This document shows positions 20,766 through 30,505 of a stretch of 64,000 bases of DNA, piece by piece. The translations under genes were made by a program, and so were the position numbers. The stretch is taken from assembly GCA_029856045.1 (NCBI GenBank), contig JAHQWG010000016.1, positions 32,001 through 96,000 of the forward strand, written 5' to 3'. The stretch's first letter is position 1; every line of letters begins with the position of its first letter. The notes beneath the pieces were generated by a model that saw only the letters and a list, made by a program, of their open reading frames with translations, did no database searches and was not told the DNA's origin. The DNA comes from Promethearchaeia archaeon. Its GTDB lineage: Archaea; Asgardarchaeota; Lokiarchaeia; Sigyniarchaeales; SOKP01.

Positions 20766-23700
20766 TGCAACTCCACTCTAATATCTATGATAAAATTTTG
20801 ATTTACGAGAGATATGGCAAAAATTTTTTCAGGGTTTTCCCATATATATTGAAATACGATCTCAGCATAAAAATATCCGAACTCATTTGTTTGTTCTGTA
20901 TCGTTCCAATCATAAACAGTTCCGATAGAATCTTCTAATGTACAATTCACTTGCTCGTATTTAACGGCGCTTCCATTATCATAGTACATGGTTCCGTAGA
21001 TCTGTATAATATCACCATCATACCACTCACCCTCTATATCTGTATGATAATTACCATCAATTGTTACTGTAGCAAATACATTTAGGATTTTTAACTCACT
21101 GCTATTTGATATCATATAATTGCTAAGATCAATAAAAATAGGACCAGAATAATCTCTAATTGATCCATTAAAATCGACACGTGCATAATATTCGCCTGGA
21201 GGTGTCGAAATATTAAGTTTAAAATAAAATTTATAATTCCAACTATTCCCATTTGTAGTAAGTACGTAACTTTGACCCCAATCAATAATGAGATAATTGG
21301 TATTATCCACCATTGTTATTTTATTAAATAATCTAATGTTAACTTCCACTTGTTTCAATTTTATATCAGGGTCGGGAAACATATCCTTGACACTCCCAGA
21401 AATGGTTATCCAATTTAGATTTCTAGTTACATTGTTTTTATCAACTGAAATTTCTACCATCTTACTTCCATTCACAATAATAAATGTATAATTTGGGAAA
21501 TCATAGCCATCAGACTGATATAAAACCTTGATTTTATGAGGTCCTACAACCCATGAATCATTTATATGTAAAATAAATTCTGCAATTCCATTTGCATTAG
21601 TTTGATTAACCCAAAACCTATTTTCATAAACATCATAGAGATATATATCACTACCAACGGGAATGGGATATTTAATAACTCTTACAGTAAAATTAACGTA
21701 ATCACTACGCATAAATGATTGAGGACAATTATCATTATCATAAAAAGATTGTGTTTCACTTCCATTTATTTCTAATTTGATAGTTATATTATACGGATCT
21801 TTTATTTCTAAATCCATTACAGCAGAAGTAGATGTATTAATATAGATAAGAAAGAAATCATGTGGATAATCATAGTCTTGATTTAAATAATAAAATGTCC
21901 CATTAAAATCGGCTCTTATGGAATAATTTCCAGCCGGAATAGTATCACTTACTTCAAAATTTAGATCAAAGGTACCATCTGCACCACAATAATAAGGATT
22001 TGTGCTTGGATATATAGGAATGAGTTGTGTATTGTATTTATAATTATTTTTAATTAAATTTACGGTAATTTCTGCATATTTTATATGTCTATTATAAAAA
22101 TCATCAACAATAGAACCCTTGATATTAAATATGGTTCCAACGGAACCACTTCGATTAATAATATTTGGGACAGGCTTTGGTGGATTTAAATCTATTCTAA
22201 TAGCTTCATCTATAATGAAATAAGAGTGATTCTTTAAACTGCCCCATTCCCATTCTGCATAAACCAGATGTGGTCCTGCTAATAAATTACCAGTATTAAA
22301 ATAATAAGTAATATTTGCATATCCATTCTCATCTGTAATCTTTACGCCTATTTCGGAATTATTTGTTTCATCGAAAAATCTGACTGATTCTCCCTCTAAA
22401 GGACCACTTCCACCTTGAAGATTTACTTTTAAATTTAACTCTTGAGTTCTTTTTACAATTGGTTGTTCAAATTCGGAAGTTGAAGTTCCATTTATCCAAA
22501 AATCAAGGATTTGAATATCTGGAGCTTCAATTTTTAAGTCCATCACTGTAGAAGTAGATGTGTTAATATAAGTAAGAAAGAAATTATGTGGATAATCATA
22601 GTCTTGATTTAAATAATAAAATGTGCCATTAAAATCGACTCTTATAGTATAATTTCCGGGAGAAATATTATTATCAACATCGAAATTTAGATCAAATGTG
22701 CCGTCCTCACCACAATAATAGGGATTAGTACTTGGATTTAAAGGTTGAAGTTCCATAAAATATTCTATATTATTTCTAATCAAATAGACAGTTATTTCCG
22801 CATGTTTTATTGGATCATTATACCCATCATCCACAATCGATCCTTTAATATTAAATGTAGTAGATCCTGAACCGGTCCTATTAATAATATTCGGAACTGG
22901 TTTTGGTGGATTAAGGTCTATCCGAACACTTTCATCTACAATAAAATATGAATGATTTCTTAGAGTTCCCCATTCTGCACAAATTAAATGTGGTCCTGCG
23001 ACTGTGCTATAATTCCCCAAATCATACCAATAATATGCCTCTCCATTAAAATCAGTAGGAACAGAATTAATTATTATAGGGTCGTTATATAAATCTCCAG
23101 TAATGTCGTAAAAAGTAATATATTCACCAGTTAAAGGTGTACCACTTACTGTATGCAATTCTGCTTTTAATTCAATCCAATCATAGGCATTAACTATTGG
23201 ATTTTGAAAATCATCATTTGGATACCCTTCGATATAAAAATCTAAGAAAGTAGCAGATGGATTGAAGATATCAATAGATATAGGTAAACTGGAATCATTT
23301 ATTATAGGATAATAGAATGGATATGAAAAACCCAATAAAGGCACATAAACATTAAATGATCCATTAAAATCTACTCGAACATTGTATGTTCCACTTATCA
23401 CATGGTCATTCACTCTTACATCCACATTATATTCTCCATTATTATCTGTAATTTCAGAATCGGGTACGAATGCAAATGAATTTTTATTATTTAATGAATC
23501 TAAGAGTATAAATTCCACTTCCCCATCGGATACACCTTTTCCGTTTGCGGGATCAATTAGATCACCAGTTATATTTGTGTTACTAGAAATTGTTTTATCA
23601 ATATAATTGGGCAACACACTATCAAGGTTAACTTCTATAGGAGCATCCAAAAAGTAATTAGTATAATTAACAATAATTTCTTTTGATGCTTGAATTAAAT

Positions 23701-25159
23701 GAGGTCCAGCAACAGTATTAGTATCAATATTTATTATTATTGAGCATGATCCATCACTATCTGTTATACTTTGACCTAAATTTGGATCATTTTCAGTTAT
23801 ATCTTCAAAATTAATAACTTCTCCTTCTTGTGGAATTCCATTTAAATAAAGTTCAGCTATGATTTCAATATCATCACCACGAATTACGGGGGATATTGTG
23901 TTTGTATATACAATTAATTCCATTTCTTCAAAAGTTAATCGATTTTGTCCTTCAAATAAAATATCCATTTCAGTCCAAACACCAGATCCATCAATGGCTA
24001 ACGGAACATAAATTTCTGACCATGAGTAAAGATTTAATCTTTTGATTGTGTAGTAATTTTTTCCTTCCCATTGATTATAACTTTCTTCTGTATATCGAGA
24101 ATTGAAACCATCAACATATCGACTTGCGATTCCAAATGCACGAGTTAAAGCTGTATAAGTTGCAGCAAAATCAGAAAAAATTCCAGATTGAGTGCCACAA
24201 AACCACTCAACTACATCTTCTCCTTGAGCTGGGCGATTATAAGGAGGTAAAAAATCAATTTCAAAATTTTGTTGCAAATAATTTCTTATTTTATCTGCCT
24301 TTACATATGCATTATCTGTATAATCAATAATAACATCTAATGCATCATAATGACTTTTAAAATTAGGATTATTTTGGATATATCCAGGAATTCCTCCAGG
24401 GTCTGGTAATTGATAATATTGATCTTTTATCGAAGAAGGAGTATAAATTTCCATAACAGCGGAATTGTTTATTTCAGTTGGGCTCAAAACACTTTCTCCA
24501 AATAAATCGTATGTAAGATTTCCTGAATAGTCAGAGTTAAAATTAAGATTTATCGATGCTACATTGAATAAATCTTTATATAATATAGAAGATTGAGGAT
24601 CAAACCAATCTGCCCCGGGGGTTAACCATGGTCTGTCCATAATATGAGGTGTAGGGAATAAGGAGGGAATTATCAGTGAATTTTCTCCTGTTGTTGCATC
24701 AATGGGATATTTTATTCTTATCATATCTCTATCTGAATAGTCATTATAATAATCATTCCAAGAGGTAAATGTCGCTGGGCTTACCCCAGAAACTGATTGG
24801 GACCAGCTCCCGTCGTTATTATATTCATCCATTACAGAAAATTTCCATAACCAAGATTCATCAAAATAATCATAATCTTCAATATAAAATACTGCTTCTT
24901 CAGCATGTTCCAAAAGGTCTTCATAATTTAGAAGGTCCATTAAATTAAACATATCAAATGCAATATCGAATAATTCTGCCTCCTCATCCAGTGCATTTGT
25001 TAATTCATCTGATGGAGTTGTTCTTATACCGAATATAAAACCAATTAAAGCTGTAGAGCCTAAATATAGCCCAAAGAGTAAGATAGCTACTATTATTACT
25101 GAAATGGCTTGCTTTTTTGCATTTCCTTCAGTAATTAGCTCCGTTCTTCTCTCAGGCAT
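20756..25159 (-). CDS. Large surface protein: transglutaminase-like domain (degenerate active site) plus tandem Ig-like repeats
   Basis: FAA...LTRAFGIASRYVDGF...WSEIYVP...GVW..MD transglutaminase scaffold, followed by four units bearing GPH and G.Y..R.DFNG motifs. Confidence 0.8.
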   Translation of the reverse strand: MPERRTELITEGNAKKQAISVIIVAILLFGLYLGSTALIGFIFGIRTTPSDELTNALDEEAELFDIAFDMFNLMDLLNYEDLLEHAEEAVFYIEDYDYFDESWLWKFSVMDEYNNDGSWSQSVSGVSPATFTSWNDYYNDYSDRDMIRIKYPIDATTGENSLIIPSLFPTPHIMDRPWLTPGADWFDPQSSILYKDLFNVASINLNFNSDYSGNLTYDLFGESVLSPTEINNSAVMEIYTPSSIKDQYYQLPDPGGIPGYIQNNPNFKSHYDALDVIIDYTDNAYVKADKIRNYLQQNFEIDFLPPYNRPAQGEDVVEWFCGTQSGIFSDFAATYTALTRAFGIASRYVDGFNSRYTEESYNQWEGKNYYTIKRLNLYSWSEIYVPLAIDGSGVWTEMDILFEGQNRLTFEEMELIVYTNTISPVIRGDDIEIIAELYLNGIPQEGEVINFEDITENDPNLGQSITDSDGSCSIIINIDTNTVAGPHLIQASKEIIVNYTNYFLDAPIEVNLDSVLPNYIDKTISSNTNITGDLIDPANGKGVSDGEVEFILLDSLNNKNSFAFVPDSEITDNNGEYNVDVRVNDHVISGTYNVRVDFNGSFNVYVPLLGFSYPFYYPIINDSSLPISIDIFNPSATFLDFYIEGYPNDDFQNPIVNAYDWIELKAELHTVSGTPLTGEYITFYDITGDLYNDPIIINSVPTDFNGEAYYWYDLGNYSTVAGPHLICAEWGTLRNHSYFIVDESVRIDLNPPKPVPNIINRTGSGSTTFNIKGSIVDDGYNDPIKHAEITVYLIRNNIEYFMELQPLNPSTNPYYCGEDGTFDLNFDVDNNISPGNYTIRVDFNGTFYYLNQDYDYPHNFFLTYINTSTSTVMDLKIEAPDIQILDFWINGTSTSEFEQPIVKRTQELNLKVNLQGGSGPLEGESVRFFDETNNSEIGVKITDENGYANITYYFNTGNLLAGPHLVYAEWEWGSLKNHSYFIIDEAIRIDLNPPKPVPNIINRSGSVGTIFNIKGSIVDDFYNRHIKYAEITVNLIKNNYKYNTQLIPIYPSTNPYYCGADGTFDLNFEVSDTIPAGNYSIRADFNGTFYYLNQDYDYPHDFFLIYINTSTSAVMDLEIKDPYNITIKLEINGSETQSFYDNDNCPQSFMRSDYVNFTVRVIKYPIPVGSDIYLYDVYENRFWVNQTNANGIAEFILHINDSWVVGPHKIKVLYQSDGYDFPNYTFIIVNGSKMVEISVDKNNVTRNLNWITISGSVKDMFPDPDIKLKQVEVNIRLFNKITMVDNTNYLIIDWGQSYVLTTNGNSWNYKFYFKLNISTPPGEYYARVDFNGSIRDYSGPIFIDLSNYMISNSSELKILNVFATVTIDGNYHTDIEGEWYDGDIIQIYGTMYYDNGSAVKYEQVNCTLEDSIGTVYDWNDTEQTNEFGYFYAEIVFQYIWENPEKIFAISLVNQNFIIDIRVELQWE
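21804..22997 (-). repeat. Intragenic duplication with 726-bp period (approximate ends)
   Basis: tgtggataatcatagtcttgatttaaataataaaatgt occurs at 21861 and 22587; RIDLNPPKPVPNIINR and DFNGTFYYLNQDYDYPH each occur twice. Confidence 0.85.
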
Positions 25160-25388
25160 ATGTTGGTATTCTCATATAGATTATTATATATTTGTAATAA
25201 TATAAAAATAAAAATAGAAATATATAATTTAGCTGTATTTCTAAAAAAGTAGAATAGTCAAATTTTTTTTTTGCGAATTATATATTAAAATTTAACATGA
25301 TTATATTCGAAATTAGAAAAATAACTAGAAGAAATTCGATAAAAGAGAAAAAAGAGAATATTCAAATAAAAAGAATTTAGACAAACCT

Positions 25389-26258
25389 TTAAAATTCATA
25401 GCCACACTTGGTGCATATATTTTTCTTTGCGTAAATCGGTTTAGGGACGTAGGATACTATTTTAGTTTTATCTTCAACCTCTTTAATCGCAGTAGAGCCA
25501 CAGTTAGGACAGACTCTTCTTATTCCACCCCCTAATCCAATTGTGGGAGCTATGGTTGGCTCAAGTGTTGGTTTTAAAGGTGTTGGTGCCGGCGTCGGTG
25601 AAGTTGGTGTTGGCATAGTAGGTTGTTGGCTACTAGGATAAGGGCTTGTAGAAGCAAGTGTAGAAGGCATTACAGATTTTGGCTCTTTCAATTCTTCAAT
25701 TCTTTTATTTTTTGCTGAAATTTCTTGTGTTAATTCATTTACTTTTGCTTGCAGTGGGCCAACTTGTTGTTTTAATTGAACATTTTCAGCCGAAAAGGAG
25801 CGTGCTTGGGTTTGTGCTTCTGCTAATTGTGTTTGAAGTTGTTGAATATGTGAGTTGAGTTGATCTACCTGATTTTTATGGGCTTCCATCGATTGCTGGA
25901 GAGTGGCAAGTTGTTGGTTTAGTTGGTTAATTTGAGCATCTTTTTGAGTTGCAATATTATGCAATTCATTAATTTGATTATTTTTATTTCCCAGTTCTGC
26001 CTCTAATTGGTTAATTTGCCTATTCAAATCTTGTACTTGAGTCTGAATTTGACCTATATCAACAGAAGATATTTGAGTGGATGGCAATGGTGGTTGTGGC
26101 ACTGGAGGGGGAGAAGGTATTCGTATTGGCGGAGGAATTGGTGGACTTATTGGAGGTGGGATTTGAGTAGGGGCTGGTGGTGGAGGTGTGTATGGAGGTG
26201 CTCCTAAAGGTTTTTTTTCCTCTTCTTCATCTTTTTCAGGGTCGTATTCATCTGACAT
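25389..26258 (-). CDS. Polyproline / coiled-coil / C-terminal Zn-ribbon protein
   Basis: PPPP tracts, ~125-aa Q/N-rich heptad region, P/T linker, CPNCG...CTKCGYEF. Confidence 0.75.
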   Translation of the reverse strand: MSDEYDPEKDEEEEKKPLGAPPYTPPPPAPTQIPPPISPPIPPPIRIPSPPPVPQPPLPSTQISSVDIGQIQTQVQDLNRQINQLEAELGNKNNQINELHNIATQKDAQINQLNQQLATLQQSMEAHKNQVDQLNSHIQQLQTQLAEAQTQARSFSAENVQLKQQVGPLQAKVNELTQEISAKNKRIEELKEPKSVMPSTLASTSPYPSSQQPTMPTPTSPTPAPTPLKPTLEPTIAPTIGLGGGIRRVCPNCGSTAIKEVEDKTKIVSYVPKPIYAKKNICTKCGYEF

Positions 26259-26398
26259 TTTTAATCATTTAAATTATTTTAAAATAATTCTCTAACAAAA
26301 AAATAGATAGACTTTTTAATTTATATATTTATAGGTCGCTTTAAAAAAATTTTACGTTATGGAGAAAAAAAATTAAAAAAATATTTTGATTCAAATGA

Positions 26399-27484
26399 TT
26401 AAAAACAATCCCAATATTCTGATAAGTTGTTCTTGATTTGTTTGATAAGTCTTTCTTGGGTATATTCAAATATTTTTTCATCAGATTTTCTTTCATCTTC
26501 GGAAATTAAATCAGTTTCACTGTTTAGAACTTTTAATACATTATATATTGCTTGAGCCTGTTTATCTAATTCATATCCTCCTTCTAAAGTAATTAAGATT
26601 TTTCCATTGGCATAATCATCAGCTAGTGATTTAATCAATTTTGTAAGATTTGCTGGCCCTTGGATTGTCCAGCCCATTCTTGTCAGGAGGTCAGTATGAT
26701 GAGTATCAAAACCAGCAGAGATTAAGATAAATTCTGGTTTAAATTCATTTGTTATTGGAATTGCTATTTCTTTATACAACAATTGAATTATATCATCACC
26801 AGAGGAAGGAGCCATAGGGAAATTAATTATATGGCCCTCTCCCTTTCCTGAACCAATTTCATTAGTAAATCCGGTTCCAGGATATAGAGTTCGTCCATCT
26901 TGATGAGAACTGAAAAAAAGTAATTGTCCATTTTCTGAGCCATCATAAAAAATATCTTGAGTTCCGTTTCCATGGTGGCAATCCCAATCAAAGATTGCAA
27001 CTTTTTTTATATTTTTTTCTCTAAAGAGATATTCCGCAGCGATAGCAATATTATTAAAAATACAAAAACCAGCGCATTTATATCTATTGGAATGATGCCC
27101 AGGTGGTCTAACAAGACCAAAAGCGCTACTAATTTCTCCCTTTAATATTTTATCAATACCAGTTAAATTTCCCCCGACTGAATATAAAGAAGATTCAAAA
27201 GTATCTCCAGAAACAACTGTATCCAGATCGATATTTTTTAAACTCTCTGTTTTTGCTGCTAAATCACTTAGTTCCTTAATTTGCTCAATTAGCCTCTCCG
27301 AATGAACATATTTTATTTGATCAATGGTTGCTTTACGAGGTTTAATTACCGGAAAATCTTTAGAGTTCCACATACCCTTTTCCTCTAAAAAATTTTTCGC
27401 TACAATAAGTCTTTTTGGCGTCTCTACATGGACTCCTACTTCATGTTTTAAATAAATCTCGTCATAAATTAATCCAACTGGCAT
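26399..27484 (-). CDS. Histone deacetylase / acetylpolyamine amidohydrolase family
   Basis: RPPGHH, GFCIFNNIA, DWDCHHGNGTQ, YPGTG, SAGFD, LEGGY motifs. Confidence 0.93.
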   Translation of the reverse strand: MPVGLIYDEIYLKHEVGVHVETPKRLIVAKNFLEEKGMWNSKDFPVIKPRKATIDQIKYVHSERLIEQIKELSDLAAKTESLKNIDLDTVVSGDTFESSLYSVGGNLTGIDKILKGEISSAFGLVRPPGHHSNRYKCAGFCIFNNIAIAAEYLFREKNIKKVAIFDWDCHHGNGTQDIFYDGSENGQLLFFSSHQDGRTLYPGTGFTNEIGSGKGEGHIINFPMAPSSGDDIIQLLYKEIAIPITNEFKPEFILISAGFDTHHTDLLTRMGWTIQGPANLTKLIKSLADDYANGKILITLEGGYELDKQAQAIYNVLKVLNSETDLISEDERKSDEKIFEYTQERLIKQIKNNLSEYWDCF

Positions 27485-27640
27485 TTTTAAAATCTTTCAA
27501 TCATTAGATGGTTTTCATTTAATTGAATATAAATAATTTTTAAAGGTTAAAAAGATTTGGGGATAATTCTGGATTAATTCTTTTTAGTTATTGACTTAAA
27601 GAAAAGTATTAAAACACAAACTAATTTAATATTTACAAAG

Positions 27641-28162
27641 ATGAGTGATATTCAAGTATTTAAATTTAAGTTTGTTATAATTGGTGAAAACGGTGTAGGA
27701 AAGACATCTTTAGCGAGATCTTTTGTATCTAAACAATTTGCTATGGACTATAAACCGACAATTGGTAGTAATATCTTTATGCATAATGTTTCTTTATCAG
27801 ATAATATTAATGTTTCAGTTGCTTTATTTGACATTGCTGGTCAAGAGAAGTGGGCAATGATGAGGCATATTTATTATGAAGGAGCTCAAGCAGCTTTTTT
27901 GGTTGGGGATGTAACAAGAGAGCGTTCTTTCGATGAGTTAGCAAATTTTTGGTATCCAGATTTTATAAAATTTTGTGAGAAAAAGCCAACAATCTTACTT
28001 GCAAACAAGAGTGATTTAGAATCAAAAACGGATAAGAAGAAAATTGAAGAAGCGGCAAAAAAAATAGGAGCTATAGATATTGTTTATACTTCTGCAAAAA
28101 CGGGAGAAAATTGTGATGATGCGTTAAAAAAGCTCGTATTATATTGTATGAATCAAATTTAA
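27641..28162 (+). CDS. Rab-like small GTPase
   Basis: GENGVGKTS, PTIG, DIAGQE, NKSD, TSAKTG; no C-terminal prenylation motif. Confidence 0.92.
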   Translation: MSDIQVFKFKFVIIGENGVGKTSLARSFVSKQFAMDYKPTIGSNIFMHNVSLSDNINVSVALFDIAGQEKWAMMRHIYYEGAQAAFLVGDVTRERSFDELANFWYPDFIKFCEKKPTILLANKSDLESKTDKKKIEEAAKKIGAIDIVYTSAKTGENCDDALKKLVLYCMNQI

Positions 28163-28163
28163 C

Positions 28164-30296
28164 TCATCTATTATCCACAAATTTTATATATTTACTTCTA
28201 GGTTTATAAAGAGTTCCTTCTTTTACTGCTTGATCAATGGTTTCCTCAATAAATTCTCTATCTAGATCTTCTTCCATTTCAAGTATTTCTATAACATTTT
28301 CTATTTCGACTGCATTTCCGTCATTTTCATTGATCATATTCTTTATTCTATCTAAGATTTTAGTTATTTTATTTATCCTTGAGCGAGTCTGTCCGGTAAA
28401 AATTCTATCGATGTCAAATTTACCAGTGCTTTCATCATATCCTACATCTCGTAAGTATCTATTAAATATTTTTATTATTTCTTCGACATCTTCTATTAAT
28501 ACTTTATCTCTTAGAGCCATTTTTGTATATGATTCACTTAACCTAATTAAAGCTTCTAAATTTCTTGCCAATATTGATACTATTGCTTGTTCTGCATCGT
28601 ATTTACCTCTTAAATCTAAATAATACTCCTTTATTTTATCTTTTGCTTCTTGTGTTAAAACTGGAAAACAATTACAACGTGCATAATGAATATATTTTTT
28701 AAGAAGGTCATGATTTATAGGAATTAATGGCTCGTCAGCATTTTGAGAGATTTTTGTAAAATCACCAGTAGCTTGTTCTAAAATGAATTCTGCCAATTGA
28801 GCATCTTTAGCTTTATCAGGTTCATCCACAACGATAAAAATAAGATCAAACCTTGAAAGTAATGTTGGTGGTTGTTTAATATTTTCAGTAGGAGTCTTAT
28901 ATTTATTATATCTGCCCAGAGAAGGATTTCCAGCAGCTATTATACCGGTTTGAGCTCTTAATGTAGCTATAATTCCTGCCTTGGCTATACTAACGGTTTG
29001 TTGTGCCATCGCCTCGTGTATAGCAGCAATATCTTGCGATTCCATTTTGTCAAACTCATCTATAGCAGCAATTCCTCCATCAGCTAATACAATTGCCCCA
29101 GCTTCAAGAGACATAGTTCCTGTATCTGGATCTTTTACAACAGCTGCCGTAAGTCCTACAGCTGTAGAACCTTTACCCGATGTATACAATGCTCGAGGAG
29201 AAATATTAACAGCACTCTTAAGAATCTCACTTTTACCTGTTCCAGGGTCTCCTACAAATAATACATGAATATCTCCTCTTCTATAAGTTCCATCAACTTT
29301 TTTTAGTCTAGTACCCCCAAATAAGCATAAAGCGGTCGCCAACTTTAAATTCTCTCTTCCATATATGGATGGTGCAATAGATCTGGCGATTTTTCTTTGA
29401 ATATATGGCTCTGCAGCGAGTTCTTTAATTTGTTTTAATTCTTCTTCAGATGGATAAAAATCTTTATCCTCTTTATCTGAAGATTTAATAGAATTCACAT
29501 CAATAAAAGTTCTAAATATAAGTGAGCCTTTTCCTTTAGCATTTCTTAGTGGCAATGATTTAAAAACTCCCATTATTTTTACACGGTCACCAGGACGTAC
29601 CTTATCAACCAAATCTTTAATAAGAATTCCATCTATAGATCTAGGTATTCTTCCAGCTGGCAACTCTTCTGGTGTTTCTTGTATTGTTATTTTCTGCCAA
29701 TCAATAAAATCAGATTTTTTAGAAATGAAAATAAAATCTTTTTGATTATTTGCCTTACATTTTGGATTCATACAATGATTTGGCCAAATAAGTGTGTTGG
29801 ATAGTTGAATTTGTGGGAATTCAACATCGCATCTTAAACACTTATAAATTGCATTTTCTAATTTTGGACGAACAGTAGAAGCACGAAGTAAAATGCCACG
29901 AGTAAAAATTAATTTATCAATATGTTTTGATCTTAATCCTCTAAGTAAAACAAGATTAGAATCATTATCTGTTGAAATTTGAATAAAACATTCTACTTCA
30001 TCCTTTAATTTGCCTCCAGGAGCGTGAAATTTTAATAAATTTTTAAAAGCCTCAATGGCATCCGGGATTACATCTTCAGGATTATTTTTTAATATCTCTG
30101 CTAATGCGGGATCAAATGCATTTAGATCTTCAAATAAAAACTCAAGAGTATTTTCTCCTTCTGCGTAAATTTTAGAGATTTTATCTCTATATTTAAATTC
30201 AGTTGGTTTTTCTTGAAATAACCTGAAAAAATCTTCAAATCTTTTGATTTTATTAATTGGAATACTTGGTTGAGGCTGTTTATTATTAATTGTCAT
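28164..30296 (-). CDS. mcm: MCM replicative helicase
   Basis: Zn finger CLRC...CMNPKC, GDPGTGKSE, GLTAAV, IDEFDKM, SRFD, C-terminal winged helix; no intein. Confidence 0.96.
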   Translation of the reverse strand: MTINNKQPQPSIPINKIKRFEDFFRLFQEKPTEFKYRDKISKIYAEGENTLEFLFEDLNAFDPALAEILKNNPEDVIPDAIEAFKNLLKFHAPGGKLKDEVECFIQISTDNDSNLVLLRGLRSKHIDKLIFTRGILLRASTVRPKLENAIYKCLRCDVEFPQIQLSNTLIWPNHCMNPKCKANNQKDFIFISKKSDFIDWQKITIQETPEELPAGRIPRSIDGILIKDLVDKVRPGDRVKIMGVFKSLPLRNAKGKGSLIFRTFIDVNSIKSSDKEDKDFYPSEEELKQIKELAAEPYIQRKIARSIAPSIYGRENLKLATALCLFGGTRLKKVDGTYRRGDIHVLFVGDPGTGKSEILKSAVNISPRALYTSGKGSTAVGLTAAVVKDPDTGTMSLEAGAIVLADGGIAAIDEFDKMESQDIAAIHEAMAQQTVSIAKAGIIATLRAQTGIIAAGNPSLGRYNKYKTPTENIKQPPTLLSRFDLIFIVVDEPDKAKDAQLAEFILEQATGDFTKISQNADEPLIPINHDLLKKYIHYARCNCFPVLTQEAKDKIKEYYLDLRGKYDAEQAIVSILARNLEALIRLSESYTKMALRDKVLIEDVEEIIKIFNRYLRDVGYDESTGKFDIDRIFTGQTRSRINKITKILDRIKNMINENDGNAVEIENVIEILEMEEDLDREFIEETIDQAVKEGTLYKPRSKYIKFVDNR

Positions 30297-30505
30297 GTAT
30301 TAACCCATTACTTTTGATCATTTTTTTTTATAAAATGTCGGTATTTTTAAATTAAAGAATTTTAGATTATAAAACAATTTATTAATTCACAGATATTATC
30401 AGTAGATTAATACTGCATTAATATATTCAAAAAATAAAATATTAAGAGATTGTAAATTTAGAGATTTATAAAATACAAGAAGCAAAATTATTACTTGAAA
30501 TTATT

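Noticed and set aside
28164-30296. Intein in MCM
   Set aside because: The length is normal, the motifs are contiguous, and no intein splice-junction or LAGLIDADG signatures are present.
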